A stretch of 64,000 nucleotides of DNA from an uncultured Gammaproteobacteria bacterium (GTDB lineage Bacteria; Patescibacteriota; Patescibacteriia; Magasanikbacterales; UBA922). Made by a program: the position numbers and the translations under genes. Shown one piece after another: positions 9,010 through 18,253 of this stretch. The notes under the pieces were generated by a model that worked only from the letters and a program-made list of their open reading frames with translations, ran no database searches and was not told the DNA's origin. Location of the stretch: contig CAZQXB010000001.1 of assembly GCA_964597575.1 (NCBI GenBank), positions 128,964 to 192,963 of the forward strand. The letters run 5' to 3'. How positions within the stretch are numbered: the stretch's first letter is position 1; each line of letters opens with the position of its first letter.

Positions 9010-10377
9010 ATGTTCCATTTTTTTTCGAAACGGCACAGATTAGAAAAAAAGAATTCCTCAGACCGTCGAGGAGTTATTTTGGTCTACCTCCTTATTTTTG
9101 GTTCGCTCGTAACCACCATGCTTGTGACCGGGCTTGCAAGCTATACGTTATTTGAACACCGTGTTTCCATGCGAAAACACGATCGCGATTTAGCCTTTCA
9201 TATTGCAGAGGCGGGAATTAATTATTATCGTTGGCACTTGGCGCATTACCCAGATGATTTACAAAATGGTACGGGGCAGCCTGGGCCATACGAACTCCCG
9301 TTTCGCGATAAAGACGGAAATACGTTAGGGTACTATTCTTTAGACATAACACAGCCTTTGATTGGTTCAACGATTGTTCAGATTCGCTCAACCGGCTGGA
9401 CCACTGAAGAGCCAGACAGACCAAGAACTCTTGTGGTTCGCCTCGGCTTTCCGGCGCTAGCTGATTACACCTTCCTCCAGAATGCAAACATGCGTTTTAG
9501 TAGTACGACGGTTGTTCATGGGCCTGTGCACTCTAATGGTGGAATTCAGTTTGATGGTACAACAGACGCCGAAGTTACTTCAGCTCGGCAAACGTATGAC
9601 CCAGGTGATGGTATTCAGCATCCTGGGGTTTGGGGGGTAGGGGGGCCGACGAATTTCTTTACTTATCCAGTTCCGGCGCAAGATTTTAATGCGGTAACAG
9701 TGGATTTAGCAAATTTACAGGCCGATGCAATTAGCGGGGGCACCCGCCTTCTCTCCTCTGGTCGAGAAGGTTGGCATATTACGTTTCGTACAGACGGGCG
9801 CTACGACTTACGTCGTGTGAACAGTCGATCTTCGTATGATGGCAACGCCTACGACATTAATGGTCAAACATTTTGGGGAACATATGATCCTCCAGCAAAC
9901 GGAGCGCTATTTGTCGAAGATAATGTGTGGGTGGACGGAATCGTCGATGGCCGTATTACGGTCGGAGCCTCAAATTTTCAAGGCGCCCCTGATCGCGATA
10001 TTATTATTTCTGGAAATTTAATGTACGAAACCCAGGTGGGGGATGATGTGCTAGGGCTCATCGCTGAACGGGATATCGTGGTACCAAGAAATGTTCCTGA
10101 TACGATGACGATAAACGCGGCTGCTTTGGCTCAAAATGGACGTATTTTTCGCCCGTACTACACCGGAACAAATAGTATCCGGACAAACTTAGTATTTTCT
10201 GGATCCCAAATTGCTTTTAGCGGAGGAGGCTGGAAGTATCTCGGTGGTTCTGGGACGGTCATCTCTGGTTTTGTGAATACGAACCATAGTTACGATGGAA
10301 ACTTGCGGTTTTACCCACCCCCAGGCTTCCCTACCTCCGGAGTGTACGAATTATTGAGCTGGGCTGAAGAAGAGTAA
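9010..10377 (+). CDS. PilX-like large minor pilin / pilus tip-associated protein
   Basis: An N-terminal basic region and hydrophobic helix (RRGVILVYLLIFGSLVTTMLVTGLA) are followed by a large beta-rich domain. It is the third gene in the minor-pilin cluster. Confidence 0.5.
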   Translation: MFHFFSKRHRLEKKNSSDRRGVILVYLLIFGSLVTTMLVTGLASYTLFEHRVSMRKHDRDLAFHIAEAGINYYRWHLAHYPDDLQNGTGQPGPYELPFRDKDGNTLGYYSLDITQPLIGSTIVQIRSTGWTTEEPDRPRTLVVRLGFPALADYTFLQNANMRFSSTTVVHGPVHSNGGIQFDGTTDAEVTSARQTYDPGDGIQHPGVWGVGGPTNFFTYPVPAQDFNAVTVDLANLQADAISGGTRLLSSGREGWHITFRTDGRYDLRRVNSRSSYDGNAYDINGQTFWGTYDPPANGALFVEDNVWVDGIVDGRITVGASNFQGAPDRDIIISGNLMYETQVGDDVLGLIAERDIVVPRNVPDTMTINAAALAQNGRIFRPYYTGTNSIRTNLVFSGSQIAFSGGGWKYLGGSGTVISGFVNTNHSYDGNLRFYPPPGFPTSGVYELLSWAEEE

Positions 10378-10446
10378 GAAATAGGCGCTCCTTCTTTGCT
10401 TTTCGATGCTTTTAAATGCAAAAACTTCGTGTTATACTGTACTTGT

Positions 10447-11322
10447 ATGCAGAAAGTCCGTAAGGGAGTCATTATTGTTGCGGGGCTCGGGACCCGTTTT
10501 TTGCCTGCAACAAAAGCCATGCCAAAAGAAATGTTGCCGGTACTCGATAAGCCAGTACTTCAGTTTATTGTTGAAGAAATGTGTGCCAGTGGCATTACGG
10601 AGATCATGTTTGTGACGAGCTCACAAAAGCGGGCAATTGAAGACCATTTTGACCGTGATCGTGATTTTGAACGGTATTTAGAGGAAAAAGGGAAGTTATC
10701 TGCTATTCAATCTTTGCTTGATTTAACTAAGAAAGTCCGTTTTTTTTATACTCGGCAGTCAGAACCTTTGGGCAATGGCCATGCTCTGCTTTGTGCTAGA
10801 GAGTTTGTTGGGAATGAGCCATTTGCTTTTTCAGATGGCGACAGCATTATTGATGCTAAAACACCGGTTATTACACAGCTTTTGAGAATTTTTCAAAAAG
10901 AAGAGGCTACGGTGATCGGGGTGCAGAGGCTTACCGACCCAAAAGCTATGACTGTATATGGTAATGTCTACGGAGAGCCTACCAAGACAAAAAAGACGTA
11001 CCGGGTAAAAAAACTTGTAGAAAAACCAGTAGTTTCGGCGGTTTCCCCAGAAGGGCTCATTATTGGTGGAATGCGCTATATTTTAACCAAAGACATCTGG
11101 CCTTTTCTTGAAAGCAGTTCTCGAGGAAAGGATGGAGAAATATGGTTAACCGATGCGGTGCACGCTATGGCTCAAAAGAAGCGGCTGTACGCATATGAAT
11201 ATGAAGGTACCTATTTCGATACCGGAAATAAACTGGCTTTGCTTAAAACCACTATTCATTTCGCCATGAAAGACGAGGCAATGAAACAAGAATTGTGGAG
11301 AACTTTACAAAAGTATGCGTAA
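10447..11322 (+). CDS. galU: UTP--glucose-1-phosphate uridylyltransferase
   Basis: Nucleotidyltransferase motif VRKGVIIVAGLGTRFLPATKAMPKEMLPV…. A TGn-extended -10 (gtgtTATACT) lies just upstream. The start is set at MQKVRKG. Confidence 0.85.
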   Translation: MQKVRKGVIIVAGLGTRFLPATKAMPKEMLPVLDKPVLQFIVEEMCASGITEIMFVTSSQKRAIEDHFDRDRDFERYLEEKGKLSAIQSLLDLTKKVRFFYTRQSEPLGNGHALLCAREFVGNEPFAFSDGDSIIDAKTPVITQLLRIFQKEEATVIGVQRLTDPKAMTVYGNVYGEPTKTKKTYRVKKLVEKPVVSAVSPEGLIIGGMRYILTKDIWPFLESSSRGKDGEIWLTDAVHAMAQKKRLYAYEYEGTYFDTGNKLALLKTTIHFAMKDEAMKQELWRTLQKYA

Positions 11323-11908
11323 TTTTCGCCTCTTGAAGATTGTATTTGCCGGAAGCTTTATTTTGGGAAATATTGTTCCGAGTTTTCTTTTTGCCCAAGA
11401 AAACATGAGTCCAGGGCCGGTTATGAGTGAGCCGGGCGACAGAGCGGTAAACGAAACGGTAACAGCATACTGCAATGAAAAATATGAGAAAGATATAAAA
11501 TACGGATGTGAATTAACAACGTTTAGTGATAGCCCGAACGCGCCAGCCGAGTGTAAAGCCTCTTTTTTAAGAGAGTGTATTGCTCAGAGAAACGAACTTG
11601 AGCATGATATAGAAGTCGCAGGTGAAGCGCCGGCTGCGTATGTTCCACGAGGGGCAGGTAGCCTTAATATTCTACAAACCACAAGCTTGACCGGTGCATT
11701 GGGAAAAATTTTAACGACCATCATTGGAATTGTTGGTTCCATAGCGCTTGTCATGTTCATCTATGGCGGGTTTTTGTGGATGACGTCTCAGGGGAACAGC
11801 GATAAGGTAAGCCAGGCAGTGCGAATTATGGTTTGGTCTTCGCTTGGGGTCATGGTTATTTTATCGAGTTACGCCATTGTCGACTTTTTGTTTGGAGCTT
11901 TTGGCTAA
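11315..11908 (+). CDS. array paralog 1: secreted two-TM protein of the TrbC/VirB2-like (T4SS-pilin-like) family
   Basis: A signal peptide is followed by a 4-Cys extracytoplasmic domain and a C-terminal conserved module IALVMFIYGGFLWMTSQGNSDKVSQA…ILSSYAIVDF. The gene overlaps the galU stop by 8 nt. Confidence 0.6.
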   Translation: MRNFRLLKIVFAGSFILGNIVPSFLFAQENMSPGPVMSEPGDRAVNETVTAYCNEKYEKDIKYGCELTTFSDSPNAPAECKASFLRECIAQRNELEHDIEVAGEAPAAYVPRGAGSLNILQTTSLTGALGKILTTIIGIVGSIALVMFIYGGFLWMTSQGNSDKVSQAVRIMVWSSLGVMVILSSYAIVDFLFGAFG

Positions 11909-11921
11909 TCTACTCAAGCTT

Positions 11922-13298
11922 ATGTATAAACGTCTTGTCAGTTTCTTTCTCCTTATCGCCACGCTTGTGGTTGGTGGTTTGGGGTGCAAAGGGCTCACTC
12001 AAGAAGAGGTACAGGCGGTTCGCCCAGTTCGTTTGCAATACTGGACCGTATATAACAATGTAGAGGAGCTCCGGGCACTTGCAGCAGAGTATAAAACACT
12101 CCGTCCCCATGTGACCGTCGATATTCGACGTCTTCGATTTGATGAATTTGAACGGGTACTCTTGAACGCTCTTGCTGATGATGCTGGCCCAGATATTATT
12201 TCTGTTCGGAATACCGATCTTCGAGGAAAGGTGTCACGTCTCTCAGCAATGCCAGCGAGTGTTACCATGGCTCGCCTTGAGGTAAAAGGGCAGTACGCAA
12301 AAGAAACCGTGGTCACTCAAGAGGTAGTTCCCATGCCAACAAAACAAACCATTGAGAGTGTGTACGTTCAGGCCGTTCCACAAGATGTGGTGATAAGTAA
12401 CAAAATCTACGGGCTGCCCCTGGCCATAGATACACTTGCACTTTATTATAATAAAGACCTTCTCGATGCGGCCGGCGTGCCTCTTCCTCCAAAAACCTGG
12501 CCAGAACTATTCGAGGCGGTAAAGAAGGGGACAAAGTATGATGCCGACGGAAATATTGTGCAGGCAGGCATAGCCATGGGAACAGGGGCAAATATCGACA
12601 ATGCCTTTGATATCATCTCCCTTCTCATGCATCAAACGAATGTTACCATTGCCGCAGGCCGTGAGGTACAATTCGCCAAAGGACTCGATAATCGGGCGGC
12701 GCCCAATCACCCGGCTATGCAAGTTCTTCGTTTTTATACTGATTTTGCCAGAAATTCCAAAGAAATCTATTCTTGGAATACCAGCATGCCAAATGCGTTC
12801 GAGTCATTCGTGCGCGGGCAAAGTGTGTTTTACTTGGGGTTTGCTTTTGATCGTGAGCGTATTCGAGCAGCAGCTCCACAGATGAATGTTGAAGTTGTGG
12901 CCGCGCCCCAACTTCCCGATGCTACTCCGGTCAATGTTGCAAACTACTGGGTTGAGAGCGTTCTTAAAAAATCAAAGCGCCAGAATGAAGCTTGGGATTT
13001 CATTCGGTTTATTACAAGTCCGCAAAACGTACTTCGGTATACCAAAGCATCACTTCAGCCATCACCCCTTCGAGCTCAGTTAACCGAACAGCTTTCCAAC
13101 CCGCTTTTAGTGCCGTTTACGAGTCAGGTTCTCACCGCAAAGAATTGGTATGAAGGGCGGAATATCGACGCGGTCCGAGCAGCTTTTGCAGATATGGCTG
13201 ATAAGTCGGTTGCGCCTCTTAAAGAAGAGGAAGATCAGTTGGTACGCGACGCAGGCCTGCTTCTTCGTACGGCTCAGATAACTCAACAAACGTACTAA
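11922..13298 (+). CDS. ABC transporter solute-binding lipoprotein (family 1, sugar-type), orphan
   Basis: The lipobox LVVGGLG|C is followed by a periplasmic-binding-protein fold sequence of 459 aa. No permease or ATPase gene is adjacent. Confidence 0.75.
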   Translation: MYKRLVSFFLLIATLVVGGLGCKGLTQEEVQAVRPVRLQYWTVYNNVEELRALAAEYKTLRPHVTVDIRRLRFDEFERVLLNALADDAGPDIISVRNTDLRGKVSRLSAMPASVTMARLEVKGQYAKETVVTQEVVPMPTKQTIESVYVQAVPQDVVISNKIYGLPLAIDTLALYYNKDLLDAAGVPLPPKTWPELFEAVKKGTKYDADGNIVQAGIAMGTGANIDNAFDIISLLMHQTNVTIAAGREVQFAKGLDNRAAPNHPAMQVLRFYTDFARNSKEIYSWNTSMPNAFESFVRGQSVFYLGFAFDRERIRAAAPQMNVEVVAAPQLPDATPVNVANYWVESVLKKSKRQNEAWDFIRFITSPQNVLRYTKASLQPSPLRAQLTEQLSNPLLVPFTSQVLTAKNWYEGRNIDAVRAAFADMADKSVAPLKEEEDQLVRDAGLLLRTAQITQQTY

Positions 13299-13301
13299 GA
13301 T

Positions 13302-14243
13302 ATGAAATATTTTTTACGAAAATGTTGTGTTATCGCACTGTGCGTACTCGGTTTTTTCACAACTTCTTCTTTTGTTCGCGCAGTAGGGGAAGACTGTTGT
13401 GTTCTCTATGAGGCTGACCGAGCTGTGAGTTGTCGCGTAAGTGGGGTTTGTAATGCTCAGACCACTGCTCAATACCCTGCAAGTACGAGTGAGATCGGAA
13501 ATCCGGGTGTTAGTTGCCGTTCGGAAAACGACGGTCAAGCGCGTATCAGGGTTTGCACCAAAGAAATAATTATATCGGAACGCTCTACGTCATGTGGCGC
13601 CGAAGCTTTATGTAACGAGGCTCTTGTTGAGTATGATAACTGTGAAAATTTATCTGTTTCAGGAGAATCAAATTCTTCATGCGCAAGAAATCCGAGATGT
13701 TTCGTCCTCCCTGGTGCGAACGGGATTACTTGTGTAAGTAAAGAAGACAGAAATCTCTGTAGTAAAATCACCGATGCCTCGCTCTGTGGGCCTGCGAGTG
13801 ATAACAGCATAAGAGGGGCGCGATTTTGCCGTTGGTTAAGTGGTCCAGAAGGGGCACGATGTGTCGGGGATGCTGAAGCCGCTGCTGCCGGGCGTTTATC
13901 AGGGGTAAAAAGCAGTGTCTTGCCCCAGTGCGCCATCCAAGGTACATGTCGAAGCATTCGCGATTTAGAAGATCTGGCTTTTAAAGTAGTTGAGTTGCTG
14001 TTTAGCATTATTGGTGCAGTCTCCTTTGCCTTTTTCATCTACGGAGGGGTGGTTATGATTTCTTCGTTTGGGAATAGTGATCAATTTTCGAAAGGAAAGG
14101 CAATCTTAGTGGCAGCGGTAACTGGTATTATCATCTCCTTCAGCGCGTATCTCTTAATCGGCTACTTGTTTACTCTGCTTGGTATTGAAGCGGGGTTACG
14201 AGGCGGTATCCAAGTAAGTTTTCTTTCCCATCTATGGCTCTAA
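13302..14243 (+). CDS. array paralog 2: Cys-rich secreted domain + C-terminal TrbC/VirB2-like two-TM module
   Basis: An SPI-type signal peptide is followed by an extracytoplasmic domain of about 200 aa with more than 25 Cys. The C-terminal module reads FAFFIYGGVVMISSFGNSDQFSKGKA. Confidence 0.6.
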   Translation: MKYFLRKCCVIALCVLGFFTTSSFVRAVGEDCCVLYEADRAVSCRVSGVCNAQTTAQYPASTSEIGNPGVSCRSENDGQARIRVCTKEIIISERSTSCGAEALCNEALVEYDNCENLSVSGESNSSCARNPRCFVLPGANGITCVSKEDRNLCSKITDASLCGPASDNSIRGARFCRWLSGPEGARCVGDAEAAAAGRLSGVKSSVLPQCAIQGTCRSIRDLEDLAFKVVELLFSIIGAVSFAFFIYGGVVMISSFGNSDQFSKGKAILVAAVTGIIISFSAYLLIGYLFTLLGIEAGLRGGIQVSFLSHLWL

Positions 14244-14824
14244 AACGCACCTCAAAGACATTTTTTATTTTGGTTTTAGGGCTCATTACCCTTAGTATTC
14301 CTTCCCAAATAGAAGCGGCAGTTTGTCGATATACGGAACGAGTATATATTGGAGTAGCGGGAACTCCAACTCGAGATGAGGCACGTTGCCAACCCCTCCA
14401 GGTAGGGGATACCACTGCCCAAAGTAACGAGTGTAGTAATCTCTGTGCCCCGGCAGGCAACGGCCTTCCTGGTACTTGTGTTGTTGATCAAACGGCATGC
14501 GATTCTGCTCCTTCAGGGGTTCAAGACGATAAACTAAAGGCGTACGTTATCTCCCTCCAAAACCCTCTGGGGTCAAAATATCAAAAAGATGCCGGGGTAC
14601 TCATTCCGGAACTCCTCGGAACCCTTATTAGTAATGCTCTTGGGCTGGTCGGCACTTTAACGCTCGTTGTATTCATTTACGGAGGCTTTGTTTGGCTTAC
14701 TTCTGCGGGAAATGAAGAGAAGGTGTCCAAAGGGACGCATGCTATGATGTATGCTGCGATTGGGATCTGTATTATTTTTTCAAGTTATGCTATACTGCAG
14801 TTAGTCTTTCAGGCCTTCAGATAG
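14234..14824 (+). CDS. array paralog 3
   Basis: A signal peptide (…SQIEA|A) and a Cys-rich region precede the module LVVFIYGGFVWLTSAGNEEKVSKG. The gene overlaps the previous one by 10 nt. Confidence 0.6.
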   Translation: MALKRTSKTFFILVLGLITLSIPSQIEAAVCRYTERVYIGVAGTPTRDEARCQPLQVGDTTAQSNECSNLCAPAGNGLPGTCVVDQTACDSAPSGVQDDKLKAYVISLQNPLGSKYQKDAGVLIPELLGTLISNALGLVGTLTLVVFIYGGFVWLTSAGNEEKVSKGTHAMMYAAIGICIIFSSYAILQLVFQAFR

Positions 14825-14905
14825 AAACAGAAAAAGACTATCCATGTGATAATTTTAGGTAGTAAGGACTTTTATGAATCTGACTACACGAAAGGGGGTG
14901 AGTAC

Positions 14906-15355
14906 ATGACTCACGCAATGTCGAACGTCACTCGGTTTGGTTATATTCTTAGTACCATCGCCGTACTCGCCTTAGGAGTAGCGGTAACACCAGCTTTTGC
15001 TCAAGATAACACTGACCCACTCGGGGTTACTGCTTTTGAACAACCTGGAGTATCAAACCTCGGTAGCCGTCCTCTTGAACAAACAATTGGCGGTATTATC
15101 AACGTAGGCTTAAGCCTTCTTGGTATCGTCGCTGTCGTTATCATCTTAATTGGTGGTGCGAAGTGGATGACCGCTGGAGGAAACGAAGATAAAGTTGGCG
15201 AAGCTCGTCAATTAATCGTTTCTGGTATTATCGGTTTAGCGATCATTATGAGCGCTTGGGCAATCGCCCGCTTCGTCTTAGTCCGCTTAGGACAACAGAC
15301 TGGAGTAGCCGGTGCAAACGAAAACTACCAACTTGACGGACCAGTAGCTCCGTAA
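14906..15355 (+). CDS. array paralog 4
   Basis: The Shine-Dalgarno sequence AAGGGGGTG precedes the ATG. Signal peptide …TPAFA|Q and module VIILIGGAKWMTAGGNEDKVGEARQ. Confidence 0.6.
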   Translation: MTHAMSNVTRFGYILSTIAVLALGVAVTPAFAQDNTDPLGVTAFEQPGVSNLGSRPLEQTIGGIINVGLSLLGIVAVVIILIGGAKWMTAGGNEDKVGEARQLIVSGIIGLAIIMSAWAIARFVLVRLGQQTGVAGANENYQLDGPVAP

Positions 15356-15380
15356 TCGTTTGTAGAAAATATGGTGTAGA

Positions 15381-15407
15381 GGGGCAGGGTTCCTGCCCCT
15401 TTCTACC
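15381..15407 (+). terminator. intrinsic terminator inside the array (after paralog 4)
   Basis: Stem GGGGCAGG / CCTGCCCC with loop GTTC, followed by TTTCTACCAAAATT. Confidence 0.55.
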
Positions 15408-15479
15408 AAAATTCGAGGGTTGAAATGTGGATACAGTCTACATTTTAGGACTTGAGCACTTTATACCTTCTCTTTCTCT

Positions 15480-15926
15480 ATGGTACGTGTGAAAACACTT
15501 TTTGGAGAGGCGAATAGAAAAAAAAGTTTTTTCCTTACTTTTTCTGCTCTCATTTTAGGTCTCGGCGTTTTTGTGTTTTCTGTTTCTCCGGTGTTTGCCG
15601 AAGGTGTTGATATTGGGATTGAGTATGCAGCCAGTTCCGGTTTACCCGATACCCCGCCCATTATCATTATTACCAACATCATCAATATCATTCTTGGGCT
15701 TTTGGGGATCATCACAACGGTTCTTATTGTGTACGCTGGATTTTTGTGGCTGACCTCTGCGGGGAATGAAGATAAAATTGATACTGCCAAACAGGTAATT
15801 AGCGCGGCTGTAATTGGGCTCATTCTCGTACTTTCTTCCTACACCATTAGCCGTTTTGCCCTTCGCGCAGTGTATAAGAGTACGACTGGAAATAACTACC
15901 CAACCCCGTATCTGTATAATCGCTAA
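15480..15926 (+). CDS. array paralog 5
   Basis: Signal peptide …SPVFA|E and module VLIVYAGFLWLTSAGNEDKIDTAKQ. Confidence 0.6.
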   Translation: MVRVKTLFGEANRKKSFFLTFSALILGLGVFVFSVSPVFAEGVDIGIEYAASSGLPDTPPIIIITNIINIILGLLGIITTVLIVYAGFLWLTSAGNEDKIDTAKQVISAAVIGLILVLSSYTISRFALRAVYKSTTGNNYPTPYLYNR

Positions 15927-15934
15927 GAGTTTGT

Positions 15935-16777
15935 ATGAAGCGCCATCTTCGATGGACAATGATTGGGGTGGTTACAATCGTGGTTTTGTTTGGTGTTTCA
16001 TTGTTTGGTGAAACCGTGTTCGGGCAAACGCAAGCAGTGGATAAGCTTCGTCAAGGCGCCACAGAGTTGGTGGGAAAAACGCCCTTGCCAATCAGTAATA
16101 CGAACATAAGCACGTCACAGCTGCCCACGCTTATTGGTCGAATTATTGGAAACATTTTGTCGCTTCTCGGAATTGTCTTTTTTCTTCTCACCCTCTATGC
16201 AGGTTTGCTGTGGATGTTTGCCCGCGGCGATGAGTCAAAGGCAGGGAAGGCAGCAGACATTATAAAGGGAGCTATCGCTGGTCTTATTGTGGTGCTCGGG
16301 TCGTACGCGTTGACGAACTTGGTTTTCGATATTGTCGGTTTCCCTAATTCACAGGAGCCATCAGTACAAGAATCGGCCGATGCACCTCTTAGAAATCCAG
16401 GGACACGGCCAACGGGTGATCGAACGACCCCGATCGGAGGGCTTTGTGTCACCGACGAAGAGTGTGTGAATTTAGCGGTATGCCAAAATTCACGTTGTGT
16501 GGATTTATGTACAGCACAGCCACCAAGTGCCGGAGGTGGGTATGCATGCCGAGATGTGGCTTTGTGTGATGAACCAAGTATTGTGCGAAATTTATGCAGC
16601 GGAGGGGTGGATCGTGTCTGCTGTCGTGAAGCCGTGGAATTTCCTGATGAAGCCTGTCGTCGCCGAATCACTAGCGGCTCATTCTGTGTTGATCCGAACG
16701 GACAGCCGCACAACTGTGATGTGCACTCCACACGACTCACCTGTGACGCAGACAATTGCTGCAATTGGGGCAACTAA
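15935..16777 (+). CDS. array paralog 6: N-terminal two-TM module + C-terminal Cys-rich domain
   Basis: The module LTLYAGLLWMFARGDESKAGKA sits near the N-terminus. A C-terminal domain of about 150 aa with about 24 Cys follows. Confidence 0.6.
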   Translation: MKRHLRWTMIGVVTIVVLFGVSLFGETVFGQTQAVDKLRQGATELVGKTPLPISNTNISTSQLPTLIGRIIGNILSLLGIVFFLLTLYAGLLWMFARGDESKAGKAADIIKGAIAGLIVVLGSYALTNLVFDIVGFPNSQEPSVQESADAPLRNPGTRPTGDRTTPIGGLCVTDEECVNLAVCQNSRCVDLCTAQPPSAGGGYACRDVALCDEPSIVRNLCSGGVDRVCCREAVEFPDEACRRRITSGSFCVDPNGQPHNCDVHSTRLTCDADNCCNWGN

Positions 16778-16783
16778 TAACCT

Positions 16784-17494
16784 ATGCGTATGATATTTCC
16801 TTCCCGTTTCATTGTATCGTTTTTCGCAGGCTTTGTGGGTGCAGGTGTAAGCACTGCTACCGCGGTGTTCGCTCAGAGTGCGGGCGGAAATTTTGGTTTG
16901 AATGCAACCGCGGGTTCAGCAGGTTTAGCAAGCGGGGGAGCTACGTCATTGCCAGATTTTATCGGAAACTTGGTTGGTGTCGGCCTGTCATTCATCGGTA
17001 TCGTTTTTTTCATTCTCATGCTCTATGGTGGATTTTTATGGATGACCGCCCGTGGGAGTGAAGATCAGACCAGTAAAGCCATTGGTACCATTACGGCCGG
17101 AGCGATTGGGATGATTGTCATTATGGCTTCGTATACCATAACCAGTTTCTTGTTTAATAGTCTAACCCCAGGTGGAAGTAGTGCTCCTGGTCAATCATCG
17201 CAAGTGCTCGGCTGCAGAGCAGGAGAAGTAGGGCGGTGCACTTCTATTGGCGGCTGTGGAGCAGGGCGCGTAGAACAGAATATAAATGCTTGTCCGGGAG
17301 CGGATGAGTACCTCTGCTGCAGTGAGGATTCTTCAACCAATGCTCGACAGGTGTGGTGCTGCGTCGTCGGTGGAGACAATCCAAACCAACCAAATGATCC
17401 GGTTCAGATATATACGGTTGGAGAACCGCAAGAATGTACCAGTCGAGGAGGTAACGCAAGTTTCATTCCATTTGAAGATTGCACCGCTTCTTAA
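16784..17494 (+). CDS. array paralog 7: N-terminal module + C-terminal Cys-rich domain
   Basis: Signal peptide …AVFA|Q, module ILMLYGGFLWMTARGSEDQTSKA, and a C-terminal Gly/Cys-rich domain of about 110 aa. Confidence 0.6.
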   Translation: MRMIFPSRFIVSFFAGFVGAGVSTATAVFAQSAGGNFGLNATAGSAGLASGGATSLPDFIGNLVGVGLSFIGIVFFILMLYGGFLWMTARGSEDQTSKAIGTITAGAIGMIVIMASYTITSFLFNSLTPGGSSAPGQSSQVLGCRAGEVGRCTSIGGCGAGRVEQNINACPGADEYLCCSEDSSTNARQVWCCVVGGDNPNQPNDPVQIYTVGEPQECTSRGGNASFIPFEDCTAS

Positions 17495-17509
17495 GGCGTA
17501 TACTGCTTT

Positions 17510-17872
17510 ATGAGAAAAACTGCCATTTCCTTGAGTACACTCTTCCTGACCTTGCCAGTTCAAGTTTTGGCTGCACCAAAAATTCAAGATGCACGCAATT
17601 TTCTCAATCAAACGCACGCGCCAACGGGGTTGTCGCCGACAAGAAACGCGGTTGATATTGCAGTGCAGGTGATTCAGGTCGGCTTTGGTCTTGTTGGTCT
17701 CATCTTCTTTTGCCTTATGATCTACGCTGGGTTTATGTGGATTCTCGATCGGGGGAATGAAGAACGGGCAGCGAAGGCAAAAGCCACCTTTACTGCCGCA
17801 ACAGCCGGTGTTATCGTTATTTTGGCGGCCTACGCTATTGCGTCGTTTGTCACAGACTTTGTTTCAGGGTAA
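17510..17872 (+). CDS. array paralog 8 (minimal, about 95 aa mature)
   Basis: Signal peptide …VQVLA|A and module CLMIYAGFMWILDRGNEERAAKAKA. Confidence 0.6.
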   Translation: MRKTAISLSTLFLTLPVQVLAAPKIQDARNFLNQTHAPTGLSPTRNAVDIAVQVIQVGFGLVGLIFFCLMIYAGFMWILDRGNEERAAKAKATFTAATAGVIVILAAYAIASFVTDFVSG

Positions 17873-17889
17873 GCTTAACCCACATTCAT

Positions 17890-18252
17890 ATGATGAAAAA
17901 TCTTAAAAAGATATTCGTAGCAGTACTAAGCTTTGCTCCTGTTTCTGTGCTTGCTCAAGGGAACTTAGGGGATGCATCTGCCCGTTTAGGAAATGTTGGT
18001 CGTCGTGTGGGGGTTTCGCAGCAAGATTTACCAACATTGGCTGGAAATGTGATTAGTACGGCGCTTACCTTGGTCGGTTTGATTTTTCTTATTCTCATGG
18101 TCTACGCAGGATACTTATGGATGACCGCCCGAGGAGACGAAGGTCAAGTAGAAAAAGCCCTCGCGATTGTAAAGACGTGCATTATTGGGCTTATTGTGGT
18201 TATGTCTGCATACGCCATCACCTTTTTTGTTCTTAGCCGCTTTGGACGCTAA
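17890..18252 (+). CDS. array paralog 9 (minimal)
   Basis: Signal peptide …VSVLA|Q and module LILMVYAGYLWMTARGDEGQVEKA. Confidence 0.6.
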   Translation: MMKNLKKIFVAVLSFAPVSVLAQGNLGDASARLGNVGRRVGVSQQDLPTLAGNVISTALTLVGLIFLILMVYAGYLWMTARGDEGQVEKALAIVKTCIIGLIVVMSAYAITFFVLSRFGR

Positions 18253-18253
18253 T

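Noticed and set aside
15408-15479. Promoter for the second half of the array
   Set aside because: Only weak candidates are present (TTGAAA-17-TTTTAG). They are not convincing enough to report as a feature, and read-through or an unrecognised promoter is possible.
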